Below, one piece after another: positions 1-14,891 of a DNA stretch of 64,000 nt. A model generated the notes under the pieces. The model was not told the DNA's origin. It worked only from the letters and a program-made list of their open reading frames with translations, and searched no databases. Source of the DNA: Geosiphon pyriformis uo1 (taxonomy: Eukaryota; Fungi; Glomeromycota); the NCBI GenBank assembly GCA_016748015.1, contig JAAOMT010000483.1, positions 1 to 64,000 on the forward strand, in the 5' to 3' direction. The translations under genes and the position numbers were made by a program. Position 1 is the stretch's first letter. Every line of letters begins with the position of its first letter.

Positions 1-365
1 ATATTACCACCTTTCTTCTTTCATTTGTCTATCTTAATATACCACTTTTACCATTTCTTTCTTACATTTGTATATGTGTATTTATTCACAACACATCACC
101 ACCTTTCTTCTTTCATTTGTCTATATTAATCTACTCTTTTTACCCTTTTTACCGCTTCTTTCTCATATTTGTTTACGTTTATTTATTCTCATCACATATC
201 ATATTACCATTTACTTCTTATATTTGTCTATATTAATCTACTTTTTTCTCCGCTTTTTTATCGCTTTTTTCTTACATTTGTATATGTTCATTTATGCGAA
301 TCATATTCTCTTTTTCTCTTTTTTCTTCTTATATTTGTCTAAATTAATATAGCGTTTTTACCATT
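1..365. repeat. Degenerate minisatellite (~45-57 bp period), truncated by window start
   Basis: Core (C/T)ATTTGT(C/A/T)T recurs at about 22, 66, 114, 166, 221, 275 and 332 with similar pyrimidine-rich flanks. Confidence 0.65.
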
Positions 366-827
366 TATTTCTATTTAAATAAAATTTACTTGTTGAAAAA
401 CAAAGATTGAATAAAAATTCAAGTCTTATTAAAAAGAGCATAATCATAAAAAAAATCTCATGTTAAAAAAACTATTTATAATTTAAATTCAATATAGTAC
501 ATTTTCTATCTTAAAATCTTTTTTATATAATTTTTTTCACATTGACACAAACAGTATTTACATTTTTGGAACTATTGTAAATTATAAATTAAGTAGTTAT
601 TATGAAAATTTAGTTAATTATATATATTATTTTTGGTAAATAAAAACACATAGCCATTTTGGTCATAATAAATCTATTCTTTCAATAGATTAATTAGCAT
701 ATTAAGTTTTAATAAATATATAAAACATTAAAGAAAAAATTTTTTATATTTGAAATGATATGTGGTTGTTTTCAATTTAAAAATAAAACATATTTTGAAA
801 ATAAATTTTATTAATTATAATTATTAT

Positions 828-3370
828 TGTTACTTATAGAAAAAAAAGTACCAGAAAAGATAAGAAAAACAAATTACAAAATAAACCAATAGAAAAATAG
901 TACTCAACAAATAAGCACATTTTTAAAAAATAAACATATTTTCAAAAATAAATATAATTCTAGAAAGTAGTATAAAAAAGGAGTAAAAATGTATAAAATT
1001 TCATATAACACAAATTATGTATATATAACAAGAGTATTAAAAACAAAAAAAAACAGAATAATAGTTAAAAATAAGTAATTATCCAATACTTTTCTTTTCA
1101 AAAAATAGTTTTCTATAACTTGAAGTAGAATTATATCCATATTAATAAAAATATTTATTATCATTCAATTTATATTATTATTGCTTGATTAAAAAATATT
1201 AATTATTTTTATACTATTAACAATTTATGTTGATAAAATCTAATACTTAACTATATTGGACTAATAGCTTTTGATCATAGCTATTAATAAGATACTAATT
1301 TCTTAGTTTTTTTCTTATTTTTTTTTATTTTGTTTCTTTATTGTTTATTAATTGATTAAGTAATTAAGTGATTAAATACTAAGTAATTAATGTCAAAAAT
1401 AAATTGGTAAAAAACTCATAAAACAAAGATAGAAAACTTAAAAATAACTTATCAAAAAGATACAACTGTCAAATTAAATTGGCCATTATATTAAAGACAG
1501 AAATTTATTATAACATACTAGTTTTTTACAAAACCATAGTTTTATTTCAATTCTTATAAAGATCAATTGTAAAATTAAAAAATACACTTAGCAAAAGTTT
1601 TCAATCATATTTATAAACAAAGACAAGAACAGAATATAAATACTAGCAAATATACTTAAACTAATATAATTATCTAATTAAAAAAACCCCAGTTATTTTT
1701 TTATTTTACTTATTTTATTATTATATACTAAGAAGTACTATTTACATATCATTAAAATTTGTATTATCATTAATTATAAAGACACCCATAACTTAAATAC
1801 TATTTTAAAACAATTAGAAAAAATCACAATTATTAAAAGCCTATAGTAATTATTTTAAAGAATTTAAATTGCAATTAACAATCTCATCAAAACTTTAATT
1901 ACTATTATCTCAACCTAATTTCGAATTTACCAATAATTAAGCAAAAACCAAATCAAAAGAAAAAAAAAATAACAATTAAAAAATTCATAATCAAAATTTG
2001 ATCTTAAATAACTTGGAAGTCCAAACTCCAATTGTTCAAACTCAACCAAATCCAAACAATTCAAATTCCACTTTTATTTTTCAGTAAAACATATTTTCAG
2101 TTATTTGGATCAATCCACTAATTGCATTAATAGCCACTTTTTAACAACTACAATAACAAATACTTGTACCAATGGCTTATGTACTAATTGTCAAATTAAA
2201 AAAATTTATTGGCAAAAAGAACAATATTCAAGTTTGGTTAAATAATATGACAAAAGTCATTATAGTTAATGAATAAGACAATACTAGAGCCTTTCAAGCA
2301 ATTTTTTACTTTTTACAAAATACTACCAACTTATAATACCAGAATTTTGTAAACAAATCCCAAAATTTTAATGTGTTTAAAACTACATTTTTACAGTATT
2401 TTAGTGATCATAATAGCATTAATTATCTGTTAACTGGCTTTATCACAATCAAGCAAGATAATAATAAAACAGTCACTACTTACTTAAAACACTTCTATAA
2501 AAATCTGTGCCAAATTCAAGCAATTAATTTTGATTACTTTATAGTATTACAAATTTTGAATTAATTTATTTATAGATTACATAGTAATTTGTTATAATAA
2601 GTATGTTTATTATACTCAAATACACTCCAAAATACAGTTATACATATTAGAGATTTCAAAACAACTGAACTTAAAGCCAATTACATCCAAGCCATAAATC
2701 TAATAATAAATAAATTATCTAAATTAAATTTTAAGCTGAAACAATTTAATAATTTTATCAACCAAAAATTGAAAAAATACTTAGTTAATAATACAGTAAT
2801 TTATTAATCTTCTCAATATTGCAACAATTAACAAAACTCAAATTGGTTTTAAAATTAGTTATGTCTATTATTATTATTACCAAATCAACTATAACTACAA
2901 AAGTCATATATTTTCTACTACTGTAGTAAACAAAAACACCTAAAAATGAACTGTAAAGCAAAATTAAATAACCAACAATTGAAAAATTAATATCAAAATT
3001 TTGATTGCAGATTTTAAATTCTAAACTATGCCAATAATTTATTATTAAGACTATATTAACATCAAATCCAATATGTACTAATAATATAATCTCTTATATA
3101 CTTACTGCTAATTTATTAAGTATTAGTGCCAATAATTTATTAATTACTACAGCCACAAATAATTTATTAATCCCAATAAATTCAAATACAGTTCTAAATT
3201 CAAGTCCAAATTATCAATAGAAATTAAAGACTGAAAATCAACCACATTTAACAAAATTAAAGATTGGTAATAGTTATGTATTAACTGATTTCTAATTCTT
3301 TAAACTGGTCATCAAGATTATGCCCAAGAAATTTAGAAAATAAGTATGTTCAAAACCCAAATTTTCAAAA
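828..3370 (+). mobile_element. Element Z: truncated Ty3/Gypsy (partial 5' LTR plus decayed gag)
   Basis: TGTTACTTATAGAAA at 828 matches the sense start of the B/A2 LTRs. TATA at ~1020 and TGATCA hairpin at 1263-1285. Gag remnants (MAYVLIVKL..., FLQYFSDHNSINYL, ORF 2373-2564). U5/PBS deleted near 1500. Confidence 0.75.
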
Positions 3371-3372
3371 AA

Positions 3373-6300
3373 AAAACAAGAAATTAGTATTCTGTCAATA
3401 ATTATGATCAAGAGCTATTGTTTTAGTATGATTAAATATTAGATTCTATTAACATGAAGTTTTAATAGTGAGAAAATAATTAATATTTTTAATCAAGTAA
3501 TAATAATATAAATTAAATGATAATTAGATATTTTATTAATATTAATGTGTTTTTATTTCAAGTTATAAAAAACTATTTTTTAAAAAATAAGTATTGGAAT
3601 TCTAAACTCTATTGAATTCTAAATACTTTTTTGTTTCTAATACTCTTGTTATATATACATAATTTGTGTTATACAAAATTTCTAGAAATTTTATAATTTC
3701 TTAAGAAGAATCTTACAATTTTGGAATCTTACAATTTTTTAAGAAAAATTCTGGAATTTTTTTTTTATTATGCCTATTTCTGATTGGCTATTTTTATTTA
3801 TTATTATAATTCTTAATTTCTATGAATAACATTATTTTTTCTTTTAATATTGAGCTCTATCAAGATTTCCTAAATTTTTTAAATCTCCCTTTTAAATTAG
3901 TTCTATTACTTTTTTCTCAAGAATTACTTAGGCAATATTGGTCTGTAATTCTTCAAATTGGGTATTGGTAATTTTTTCTAATTTTTTAATAGTTACTGTG
4001 TTCATTGTTGAGTGTAACAATATTTTCAAACAGTTTTGAAACCCTATTTGTAACTGGTATATTGCTTATATCTGTGTAAATAAATTGTTCTTTCTCACAA
4101 ATTGTTCAAGTTATTGTAATATTGTTATGTTAAATATCTGTTTTGTTTTATCTGTATATAAGTTTTGAATATTGAGTTTTTGTCCCAAGTAATAATAGCA
4201 GAAGTTTTTTGGAAATTGTTGTGTCCATTATTTTTAATTTTTTTTTGTTAACTTCTTGTATAGTATTATTGTCTTTGATATTTTTATAGATATTTTTACT
4301 TTTATTATTATATCTTTTACTATATTTTTATATCTTATGCAGTATTTGGTATTAAAATTTCTATTTTTTTTTGTATATTGAATGATTTATTGATTAATTG
4401 TGATTTTTATGTTTAATTTTTGATGTTTAATTAGTTAAAATAATTGTTGGACTAGTGAGTAAATGTTATTGGTTATTTCTATCTTTCTATTAGCTTTTGT
4501 TACATGCATTGGTTTCTTATATACTGTTTTTATAGATCAATTTAATATGTTTGTATTAATAATTATGATTGGTTTTAGATCTTATAGAATTTTATTTGGT
4601 TGAATTAGTATTTGTTGTACTCCTAATTGTGGAATATTACTAATAGATAATAATACTATATTGTAATATAGTTTTAGTTAATTCTTATGTGCTGTTTTAG
4701 CTAAAATTTTGTTGTTTCATCTTAATTTATAAGCTTTATTTCCAAGAATTTTTTTAATGTAAAATGGTTTGTCTTATTTTGGGTCAAATTTTTTATTCTA
4801 TTGTTTTTTTGCTTTGGTATAATATAAAAGTACTTTGTCTCCAATTCTGAATTTGACTGGTTTATCTAGTAATTAGTTATTATATTGTTTTTTTTTGTTT
4901 TGTTTGTGACTTTTGTATATTATTAACTGTTTTTTGTTTTTTGTTTTCTAAAGTTTTTATTAAATTATATGTTTTTTTTAGCAATGTTTTTTGAAAGTTG
5001 GCTTTTTTTATTGGTTCTGTTAAATATGTATTAATATTTATTTCTACTAATAATATTGCTGTTCTTTTATAAACAAGTTCAAATAATGTTATTTATATGG
5101 TATCTTGCTTTATTGTTTGATAAGCAAATAATATTAATAATATAAACAAATTCCATTTGTTCTGGTTTTCTTGGCTGATCTTGGCTATTACTTTATATAA
5201 TGTTTTGTTGAACTTTTCGACTAAGTCATTTGTTTGTGAATAATATAGTAATAATAATAGTCTCTTAATTCCAAATTTTTAACTTAATTTTGTTAATATT
5301 CTGTTTACAAAATGGATTTTTTGGTTTGATAATAATTCTTTTGAACATCTATATTGACAAATCAAATCTTGATGAACAAATTTGGCTATGAATTTTGCAT
5401 CTACTCTTTAAATTGTCTTTGTTTTTGGCCATTTTGTAAAATAGTCCATAACTACTGCTATATATTAATTGTCTCTGTTGGTTATTGTTAATGGTTTAAC
5501 AAAATTAATTCCAATTTAATTAAATAGTTGTTCTACTTTAATTGGTTTTAATAATTCATTGGGTTTTGTTCTTTTTCTTCTCTAATAAACATCACAATTT
5601 TGAACATATTAGATAATATTTGGATATATAAATGGCCAATAGTATTTTTTTCTGTTTTTTTTTATGATTACTTCTTTATGAAAATGTTCTGCTGTCAAAT
5701 TTGAATGCATATTGAACAGTATTGTTTTTTCTCTAGTTTTGTGATTACTTTAAATGATTGGTCTGAATATTTTTTGTTTTTCTAATATAGTATATTTTGG
5801 TAAGTAATAAAGTATTTTGATTATTGTTTTATGTTATTTTGTTTTTTTTGAAATAATTTTTCCTTGAACTATTGAGTATTAATATAATGTTAAAGTTGTT
5901 AATATTTTTGTGTGTTTGTTTTTTGTTATATTTTTGGGTTAAAATGTTTTAGATTTGTCTTATTTATAACAAATTATTAGCATTTCTGTTTTTTTTCTTT
6001 TTTTATAATGTACTATATAATTAAATAGTAATAGTTCTATTTTCTATCTTCCATGGTAATTGTTTTTAAATTTTTGCTTTTGAATTGATGTTAATCTTTT
6101 GTGATTAGTGTATACATCAAACTTTTAACTTAAATATTTCTTCTATTTGATAATAGTCTAATAAATTGCTAAATGTTTTAATACTGAAATTCCATAGTTC
6201 TTTTCAGCTAAACTTAAATTTCAGCTAATATATGTCACTAAATGTTCTTGTCTATTAATTTTTTTTGTAACAATATGGCTCCCAATGTTTAATTAAATGC

Positions 6301-9300
6301 ATCAGTAGTAATGATAAATGGCTTGCTGTAATCTGAATAGATTAGTATTGAAGCTTAAATAAGCTTTTTTCTTAAGATGTTAAAAACTTCTTGTTGGGTT
6401 TCAGTTCATTTATATTTAATATTCTTTGCTTAGAGCTGGTTAAATAATTGAGCCAGTTTGAAGAAGTTTTGAATGAAGCAATAATAGTATTTAACAAATC
6501 TCAAGAATGTTCTTAATTCTATAAGATTTTTTAATACTAAAAGTTTTTGACTATTTCAATCTTGTTTGAATCTGTTTTTATGCCATTTTTGTCTATAATA
6601 TATTCCAAAAATTTGAGTTCAGTTTTGCTAAAGAAACATTTGGTTGTATTCAATTTTAATTCAACTCTTTTAATCTTTCAAATACTTGTTAAAAATAATA
6701 AAAATGATTATCAAATGTTTTTGAGAATACATTGGTGTCATTTAAATAGATTACTACTAATTTTTATTGTAATCTAGTGTAAACAATTTCTATAAGCTAT
6801 TAGAAAGTGGCTAAAACATTGATTAAGCCAAATAGTATAATATTAAATTCAAAATTTTCTTCTTTAGTTGTAAATGCTGTTTTCTTCTTGTTAAGTGAAT
6901 TTATGGCTACTTGTTAGTAACTATTATCTAAATCTAATATTGAAAACCATTTTTTCTCTTTAAAAGCATTAAATAACTTCTGGATCTATGAAATTAAATA
7001 GCTGTTTTTACAAATAATACTGTTGAGTTTTTGGTAGTTTACACAAAAGCAAATCTTTTCATTCTTTTTCTGGACCAGTACTACTAATAATAACTATAAA
7101 CTCATTAATAATTAAATTAACTTGTTGTTTAAAATTCTGTTGATTTCTTGTCAAATGATCTTATAGCTAACTGGTAGTATTTTGTATGCTCTTTGTTTAA
7201 TTGGCATTATATCTTTAGTTTTAATCTAATGTTAAATAATATTAGTTCTGCCAAATTTGTTTTTACTAACAAAAATGTCAGTAAAATTGTTAAGTAGTAT
7301 TTTGAGTTGTATATATTGAAGTGAATCTAAATTTTCTAAGTTTATTTGCTTCAATTTTTTTGGTTATAACAAATAACATTCTTCTTATTTATATATGATT
7401 TGTAATATAATATTTACATATTTACACAGTTGTGAAAAGTCTGAAATGTTAGTTGGTGATTGGTTTTTAACTTCAATGCTTAAGTATTTAATAGTAGTTC
7501 TATTTGGTATTTTTATAAGATCTTCAGTTGTGTTGTATATAGGAATCTTGATGTATTTGTAAGTTTTGATTAATATATAGAGATTGATAATACCAATCTC
7601 TTCTAATTCACAAATATTTGTTTTAACTTCAAAAATCTGGGGTTGATTTTTCATCTTTTTCTTTATAACTAATATATATTGGTCATATAGTAAAATAAAA
7701 ATTGATTGATGGGTGAAAATAAATTCTCACTGATCAATAATTTCCTCTTTTGTTATATTAACTGGTATTTTTATTCTACTCATAAATCCGAATTTCTTTA
7801 TCTCTTTAACTGTAATTTTTAATTTTTCTCTTATTTTCACTAATATTAACTGAGCTATTTTAACCAAAAACAGGAATATTGTTTGTGTTATTTTTTTATT
7901 TGGTTCAATTGTGTATCCTTTTTTTGAGTTATTTTGTAGCATTGCAATAATATTTCCTATATATCCTGTGTCAATTATTTTTTCTTTGATATTAATTCCT
8001 TTTTTTATTAAATTAGATTTAGAGACTAATTAAACCATTGTTATTGCTAGAATTTCCAGTATTATTTTCAAATCTATACTGGTGCATAAATGAGATTTTA
8101 ATCTGATAGCAGTTTTTCTTAAGTATCTAAGATTAAATTCTGTATTAGTATTATGTGCATATTCTGGTATAATATTTTGATCATTATTACTAAACTATTT
8201 AAGTTTTTGCTTTTTTGAAAGATTTGAAAGTGTAATATATTGTTCAGAGTTTTCATTGAAGTTTGAATTATTGTTATTATTATTATTATTATTGTAAACA
8301 GTATTAGAATCATTGTTGTTGTCATTATTAGAGTCTGAATTGCAATTGAATTTTGATTTCAATTCTGATGCACATTCACTGATTGGTTCTTTTTCTTTTA
8401 GAATTGAATAGATTATGTATAGTAATAGATTGTAAATAAGGTTACAATTATTACAATATTTAAAGTCACTGAAAATTAAGCAATGTTTACAAAGTTTAGT
8501 GTTTAATTGTTCCAAATGCTGCTTTTACTTTTTTTTAGTGGGTGCTAAATCTTGGTAGTGTTTATGGAATTTTTTTGAATTGCTCAGAATATTGATAAAT
8601 ATATTTGGATTGAAAATAAGAACAGTCTCAACAGATTTTGGTAAGTTGTTTTTTATTATTAATATTTTACTGAACAAAATGCCTTCAACTTTAACACTTG
8701 TTATTTACCAAATTTTGTTTTCATTATATGGGTAACCATCCAAATATGAGAGTACTCTGTTTTACATAGCATTAAAAGACATTTTTTAGCTTACTCAGTC
8801 ACTTATAAAAATTGTGTATTAATATATTGTGTTATATATTTTTTCTTAACCAAGAATGTTATTCCATATTCCTTCATTAAGTAAAGTTTCTCCACAAGCA
8901 AAACATGGTTTATTGTCTTACTTTTCTTGTTTTTTTGAATACCCAAAACATTTTTAGTGGCACAATTTACAGTAATAGTGAGTATATGTCTTTAATCTTT
9001 TTCAGATAAGATTTAAGGTCTTATAGAAAAAAGCTTCTTAAAGTTAATACATTTAAGTAGGATATAAGATGATTTTTTTCTGGTTTCCATTGAGCATAAA
9101 ACATGCCAACTGTTATTTGTTTCTTTTGTGAAAAGAGTGGTTTGAGATTTGTCTTTTTTTTTTTATTGTTTCAGAATAAGATTAATAGTAGCTTATTGTA
9201 TTATTGTTAGTCTATAAGACTTGATAAACCTTTCAGATAGGTTTTTTTTTTCAAAATTGATTAATAGTAATTGGATAGTAGTATTTGTTTTAAAGTAGTT

Positions 9301-10628
9301 ACAAATAGCTGGTATCTGAGTTTGCTGACCATCTTAACTAAGCTATAACTTTTGTATAATCTAGTTAAATACAGTATTGGTCTTGAATAGCCAATTATTA
9401 CCAATAAAAGCTTGATATTGTGTAGCTTTTATAATTAAAACTTTGATTAGTATAATAATGCCATTAACTTCAAAAAAAAATCATTAATTTTACCAATAAA
9501 AGTTTTGGTTACTCTATTGGCTGTAATAATTCTAGTGCTAACAGCATAATTAACTTAGCAACTTAATTGGTTCATAAGTTGTTATGTAATAATGCTGTTT
9601 GTTAATCCACTATTAAGAATTGGCTTGATAGATTGGCCATCAACTATGGCATTAGTATACATGGCAGTAATTAGTTTGGCATTAAAAGCAACTCTACTGA
9701 ATAATAGTGTTTTTGATTGGTGTTCTAATTTAAATAGAAAGATAGTAGCTAATAATTTGTTTTCTATAATAGTTGCTAATAAAATGTTATTAATAAGTAG
9801 TGTTGGATTGGTTTTCAAGTTGTTGGATGGATTGTTTTTTGAAGTAATTAAGAGACTTAAATAGTTCTGAGAATTTAGGTTTTAGGTGTACCCATTTTTT
9901 GAACTCTGCTAGCATAATCCTAATGGCTGGTTGGAGGAACTGGAAATTGATTAGTGCAGTATTATCACTGATTTTTAATTCTGCTGAATGTGTATAATTC
10001 TTGGCCTTAAATTTTTGGTGGATGTTGACACAATAATTTGGAGTAACACTTAAATTTGTTGGAGTTGATAAATTACTTATGGCTGTGGTTAATAGATTAC
10101 CAGTGCTGGAGTTTAATATACTAAAAATAAATATATTAGTTGTTGTATTATTGGGATGTAATAAGATTAATATTGATATTGTTCCTAATTTAGGGTGTAA
10201 TTTGAAGTTTAAAACCTGTGATTGGAGTTTTGATATTGATTTTTCAATTGTTGGTTATTAATCTAGAATGACAATTTGCTTTTAAATAACTTTATTTATT
10301 ACAATGATGACAATTATGACAATTATGCATTTTTTGTTGCTATAATTAATTTGATAATAATAATGGTATTGAATACAACTGATTTTGAAAATAATTGGAG
10401 TTTTTTTAATTGTTACAATATTGTGAAGACTAATAAATAGTTTAATTATTAGTTAAGTATTTTTTTAATTTGTAGTTAATAAAATTATTAAATTGTTTCA
10501 GCTTAGAATCCAATTTAAATAATCTATTTATTATTAAATTTATGACTTGAACATAGTTGGCTTTGAGTTTGACCAATTTAAAATCTCTAACATGTGTAAT
10601 TACATATTAAAGAGTATTTGGGTGTATT
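3373..10628 (-). mobile_element. Element A1: 5'-truncated Ty3/Gypsy (gag end, PR, Cys-rich, dUTPase, RT, RH, INT, ORF3, partial 3' LTR 3373-3831)
   Basis: Colinear with B and A2. PR context (ITAMYTNAIVDGQSIKPILNSG), dUTPase (MLQNNSKKGYTIEPNKKITQ), RT YLND at ~6735, LTR boundary AATAACA at 3831 followed by a decayed PPT. Confidence 0.85.
7775..8200 (-). pseudogene. dUTPase domain of A1 (decayed)
   Basis: Recognisable trimeric dUTPase motifs: EFNLRY, KSNL (RSS), IIDTGYIG, KITQTIF, KKFGFM. Confidence 0.75.
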
Positions 10629-11209
10629 ATAAAAGCCTATAGAATGACATTTCTAAAAGAGAAGGAACCTGTGATAAGTCTTGTCAATACACTATCTTAA
10701 TCAACAACTGGATGTGAAAAAAACTTCATTCACTACAACATATTAATAAACAATAAACTAACTGGAGGACTATCCTTACAATGAAGAGAAAATCTGAAAA
10801 ATGGCTCTAGCAAAATATGAGAAAGCCATCATCAAAAAAATACACACTATTAAAAATGTTTCATAATTGTCAAAGAAATAAACAACCTATTTACAGATGA
10901 TCTGAAAGCATTTTAAGACCAATACTAAGAATTGGCTTTTACTTAGGAAGAACAGAAACAAAGGCTAGCTAATCTCAATATAAAGCTGTGTAATTATTGT
11001 CTGATTTTTTGTCATTTTCAGTACTGCAACAAGTGTGATTTCTTATTTAATCTACCTTCAAAAAAGTTATATCTTATCACAAAATTATTAGAACCTAAAG
11101 AAGATCATGAATTAATTACCAAGGACATATTATTTCAAAAGCCAAATGAAACTGTTGAAATAGAACAGTATCTTGTCTACTTTAATCTCTCTAAAGAATT
11201 GAAATTAAA

Positions 11210-11635
11210 ATGGTATAATGACAATTATAAAAAAATATGCTCTGAGAAAACACATAAAACTGATATTGGTTTTAACTTAAGATATTTTGAACAATCATCC
11301 ATAGTTATAACTCCACATTTTCTTGTAACAATAGATCTAAAAATAGTTTTGGAAATTTTTATTAGTACAATAGTACAAGTCACATCTTGATCTGGTCTGG
11401 CCAAGAAAAAAATCAATATAAAAAAAAGAATCATTGATGCTGAATACACAGAAAACATTATTATAATGTTATAAAACAATTCAGACCAACTCTACAAAAT
11501 TAATTCACAAAAAAAAATTGCTCAAGTTATCTTTCTGCTTTTTGTAAAAATACCCTAATTAACTTCAATTACTACATGCAAAAAATTAGGTCCCATCACC
11601 AAAGAAATTAACAGATTTAAATCAAGTAGAAAAAG
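11210..11635 (+). pseudogene. dUTPase domain of F (decayed)
   Basis: ORF 11199-11390 plus downstream motifs *SGLAKK, IIDAEYTENII, KIAQVIF. Confidence 0.75.
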
Positions 11636-14600
11636 AAACATATCTGTTAACTTTATTGAAAAAGACAGTAATTAGATAAAACTTATATATACAGACACAA
11701 TTATTTCTATCTTTCTATATTGACAATACATTCTCAAAATAGAGAGAAAAATCTAAGATCAAGTTATATTATTTAAAGCCAATCCAGAAATCTGCTCTCT
11801 AGCTGACATAGCCAACTTGTATATACCAATTAAAGCCCATAAACATTTAAAAATCTTCATCTATAATTACTGAAAATATCATTAAAATCTTAGAAGGAAC
11901 TCTTGTTGGTTTCATATCTCTAAACATTCAGAATTCAGAAAAACCACAATTCATTCCAAATTTTGTCCAATTATACTTATTTTGTAACATTATCTTGTAA
12001 GTATAAAACCTGCCAAAAAAAAGTTACTTGTTTATGTCAGAAGAAATCAACAAATTAAATTTGGAAAACTTAAAAATTCTATAGCAAATACAACTTAAAG
12101 TTTTTTTAAATCAATATGCCAATGTTTTTGCCAGTAAAAATAAGTTTGGATGCATTGACATTATTAAACACTAAATTAACATAGAAAACACATAATCTAT
12201 TAAGCAACAGGCTTATAGAGTAAATCCAACAGATGACAATCTAATCAAACAAAAGATATAATGAATGCTTAACAACAGTTTAATCAAAGAATTATTAAGC
12301 CTTTGGTTCTCTCCAGTTGTATTAGTTACAAAGAAAAATGAAAAAATAAGGTTCTGCATAGACTATTGAAAACTAAATAGTATCATTCAAAGAGATAGTT
12401 ATTCCACTCCTCTTATTCAAAAAATCCTAAACAATCTGGAGAATAAGAAATAATTCTTGTTATTAGCCTTACCAGCAGATATTGGCAAATTGAGATGAAT
12501 CTAAAGGACCAAAAAAAAAATGACATTTATCATATAAAACAGAAACTTTGAGTTCAACATGATGTCTTTTGGGCTTTGCAATGTCTCTATTATCTTTTAA
12601 TGACTAATTAATATTGTGTATAAAAAACTCTTATGAAAATCAGTTGTAATATACTTGAATAATACCAATGTATTTTCTGAAATCTTTGATAGATTTTTGA
12701 ACACCTCTAGAGTGCAGAACTAAAACTCAATTCTAATAAATGCTTTTTTAAAAAAAAAGAACTAAAATTCCTAGGACATTTAATTGGCAAAGATGGAGTT
12801 AAACCCAATCCAAACAAAGTACAAAAAGTCAGAAATTTTTCAGCTCCAACTAATCTATAAGAACTAAGAGGATTCTTAAGACTGGCTGAATACTATTATT
12901 GGTTTGTTAAAAAATTCTCAGATATTACCAAATCTCTCTACCACTTATTGTCAAAACATATGCTGTACTTCTAAAAAAAAAACTAGTAAAAAGTATTTAA
13001 TTACCTTAAACAACAATTGATTACAGCACCAATCTTGATCTACCCCAACTTCAACAAAAGATTTATGATCACAATAGATGCCTCAAAAAACACATTAGGA
13101 GCAGTTCTGTTCCAAATCAAACCAGACAATAAAGAATATTCAATCACATATGCTAATTATAGCATAAGTTTAGTAGAAAAAATATACAGTGCAATAAATT
13201 TAGAATGTCTTGTTATCTATTGAGTCATACACACTTGGAAACACTATCTTAGCCAACTATTTGACATATATACTGATCATAAAAGACTTATTTGGTTACT
13301 TAACAAACCACAACCAGAAGGAAAATATATATAATAAAGTACTTATCTGCAACAATTCTCATATAAAACTCATTATAAAAAAGAATCCAAGAATGCCAAT
13401 GTTGACAGTTTGTTGAAAATAACACAAGTTTAACCTCAAATTTATGAATACAACCACTTATCAATAATTACATCAGTACTTATTAACACTTCAGTTTAAG
13501 GAGATATTACTTTAACAGAAACAGAATATTATATAAAAACAAGCCCAAAAATACTTTATTCAAAATAACCAACTATATTGTCAAGAACATCGAAATCATA
13601 TTACCTCACAACAGATTATAAAAGATGATGAAAAAGAAACTATTTTACATAGCATCCATTCTAATCCAATTGCAGAACACTTTAACAAAAATGCTATCTT
13701 GGAAAAAACCATAAACTGATACTATTGGCCAATAATATATAAAGATATTTTTAAATATGTGCTCAATTATAACTCCTGCCAAAGAAAAAAAAAACAAAAT
13801 CAATGAAACTACTTCGATTCATTCCAGTTGAAAACTCATTTAATAAAATTGGAATTGATTTAGTTAGTTCTCTCTTAATTACATCCAAAGAAAATTGTTA
13901 CATAGCCATAGTAGTAGACTATCTTATAAAATAGCCAAAAGCCAGAACAATTCAAGTGGCCAATGCCAAAACAATAACCAAATTTGTATATTAAGACTTA
14001 ATTTGCTAACATGGTTGCCAGAAAAAATTATTATCAGACCAAAAAACCCACTTTGTCAATAGTATGTTAATTGAACTAAGCCAATAGTTTAGAATAAAAC
14101 AACTTCTATTGTTATTATATTATCCACAAACAAATAGATTGATAAAACAATTTAACCAGACATTGTGTGAAACATTAGCAAAAATAAGCTACAAAAATGC
14201 ACAAAAATAGAACTTATTCATATTTTTTATATTATTTGCATACCAAATATTAAAACAAAATATGATCCAGTTCATATCATTTGAATTAGTCTATGGAAGA
14301 AAAGCCACCTTATCTATTAAACAAAGAATATCATCTTACCTGACAAAAGTAATTACCAAAAAAAATTTTGAAGCTATTTTGTACCAAAAAACATATTAGC
14401 TTATGGAAACATTGAAAGACAATCACAAAACAGCAGCTGACAACATTAGTAATACTCAAAAACAACAAAAAAAAAGACATAATAACTGCTTACCTAAACA
14501 ACCAATGGAATTCAAAATTAAAGACCAAATACTGTTGCATTATATAAAAGCTGAGAAACAATGGAGTAAAAAGTTTGACCTAAAGTGAGATGGTCCATTT

Positions 14601-14891
14601 CACATACATAAAGTTTTAAACAATGAAGCTTACAAATTATAATTAAAAGACAGAATTTTAAAGAAAGTAGCACATAGAAATTAGTTAAAAATTTATTATA
14701 CAAAACAAAAATTATTGTTATCTATATTTCAACTAGGAACACAAATTCCATTAATCAGACTTAAAGATATACTATAAGATCTGAAACCAATTATTATTAT
14801 TGAAATATAATTGATACATAACTATTTAATTGGAAAATTTAAGTATATATAACTATCAAAACAACAAAAATAAATTAATAAAACTTGCAAT

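Noticed and set aside
68-352. Hydrophobic short ORFs (also 15649-15993, 25694-25876, 31142-31444)
   Set aside because: By-products of T-rich repeats and AT-rich decay with no recognisable motifs.
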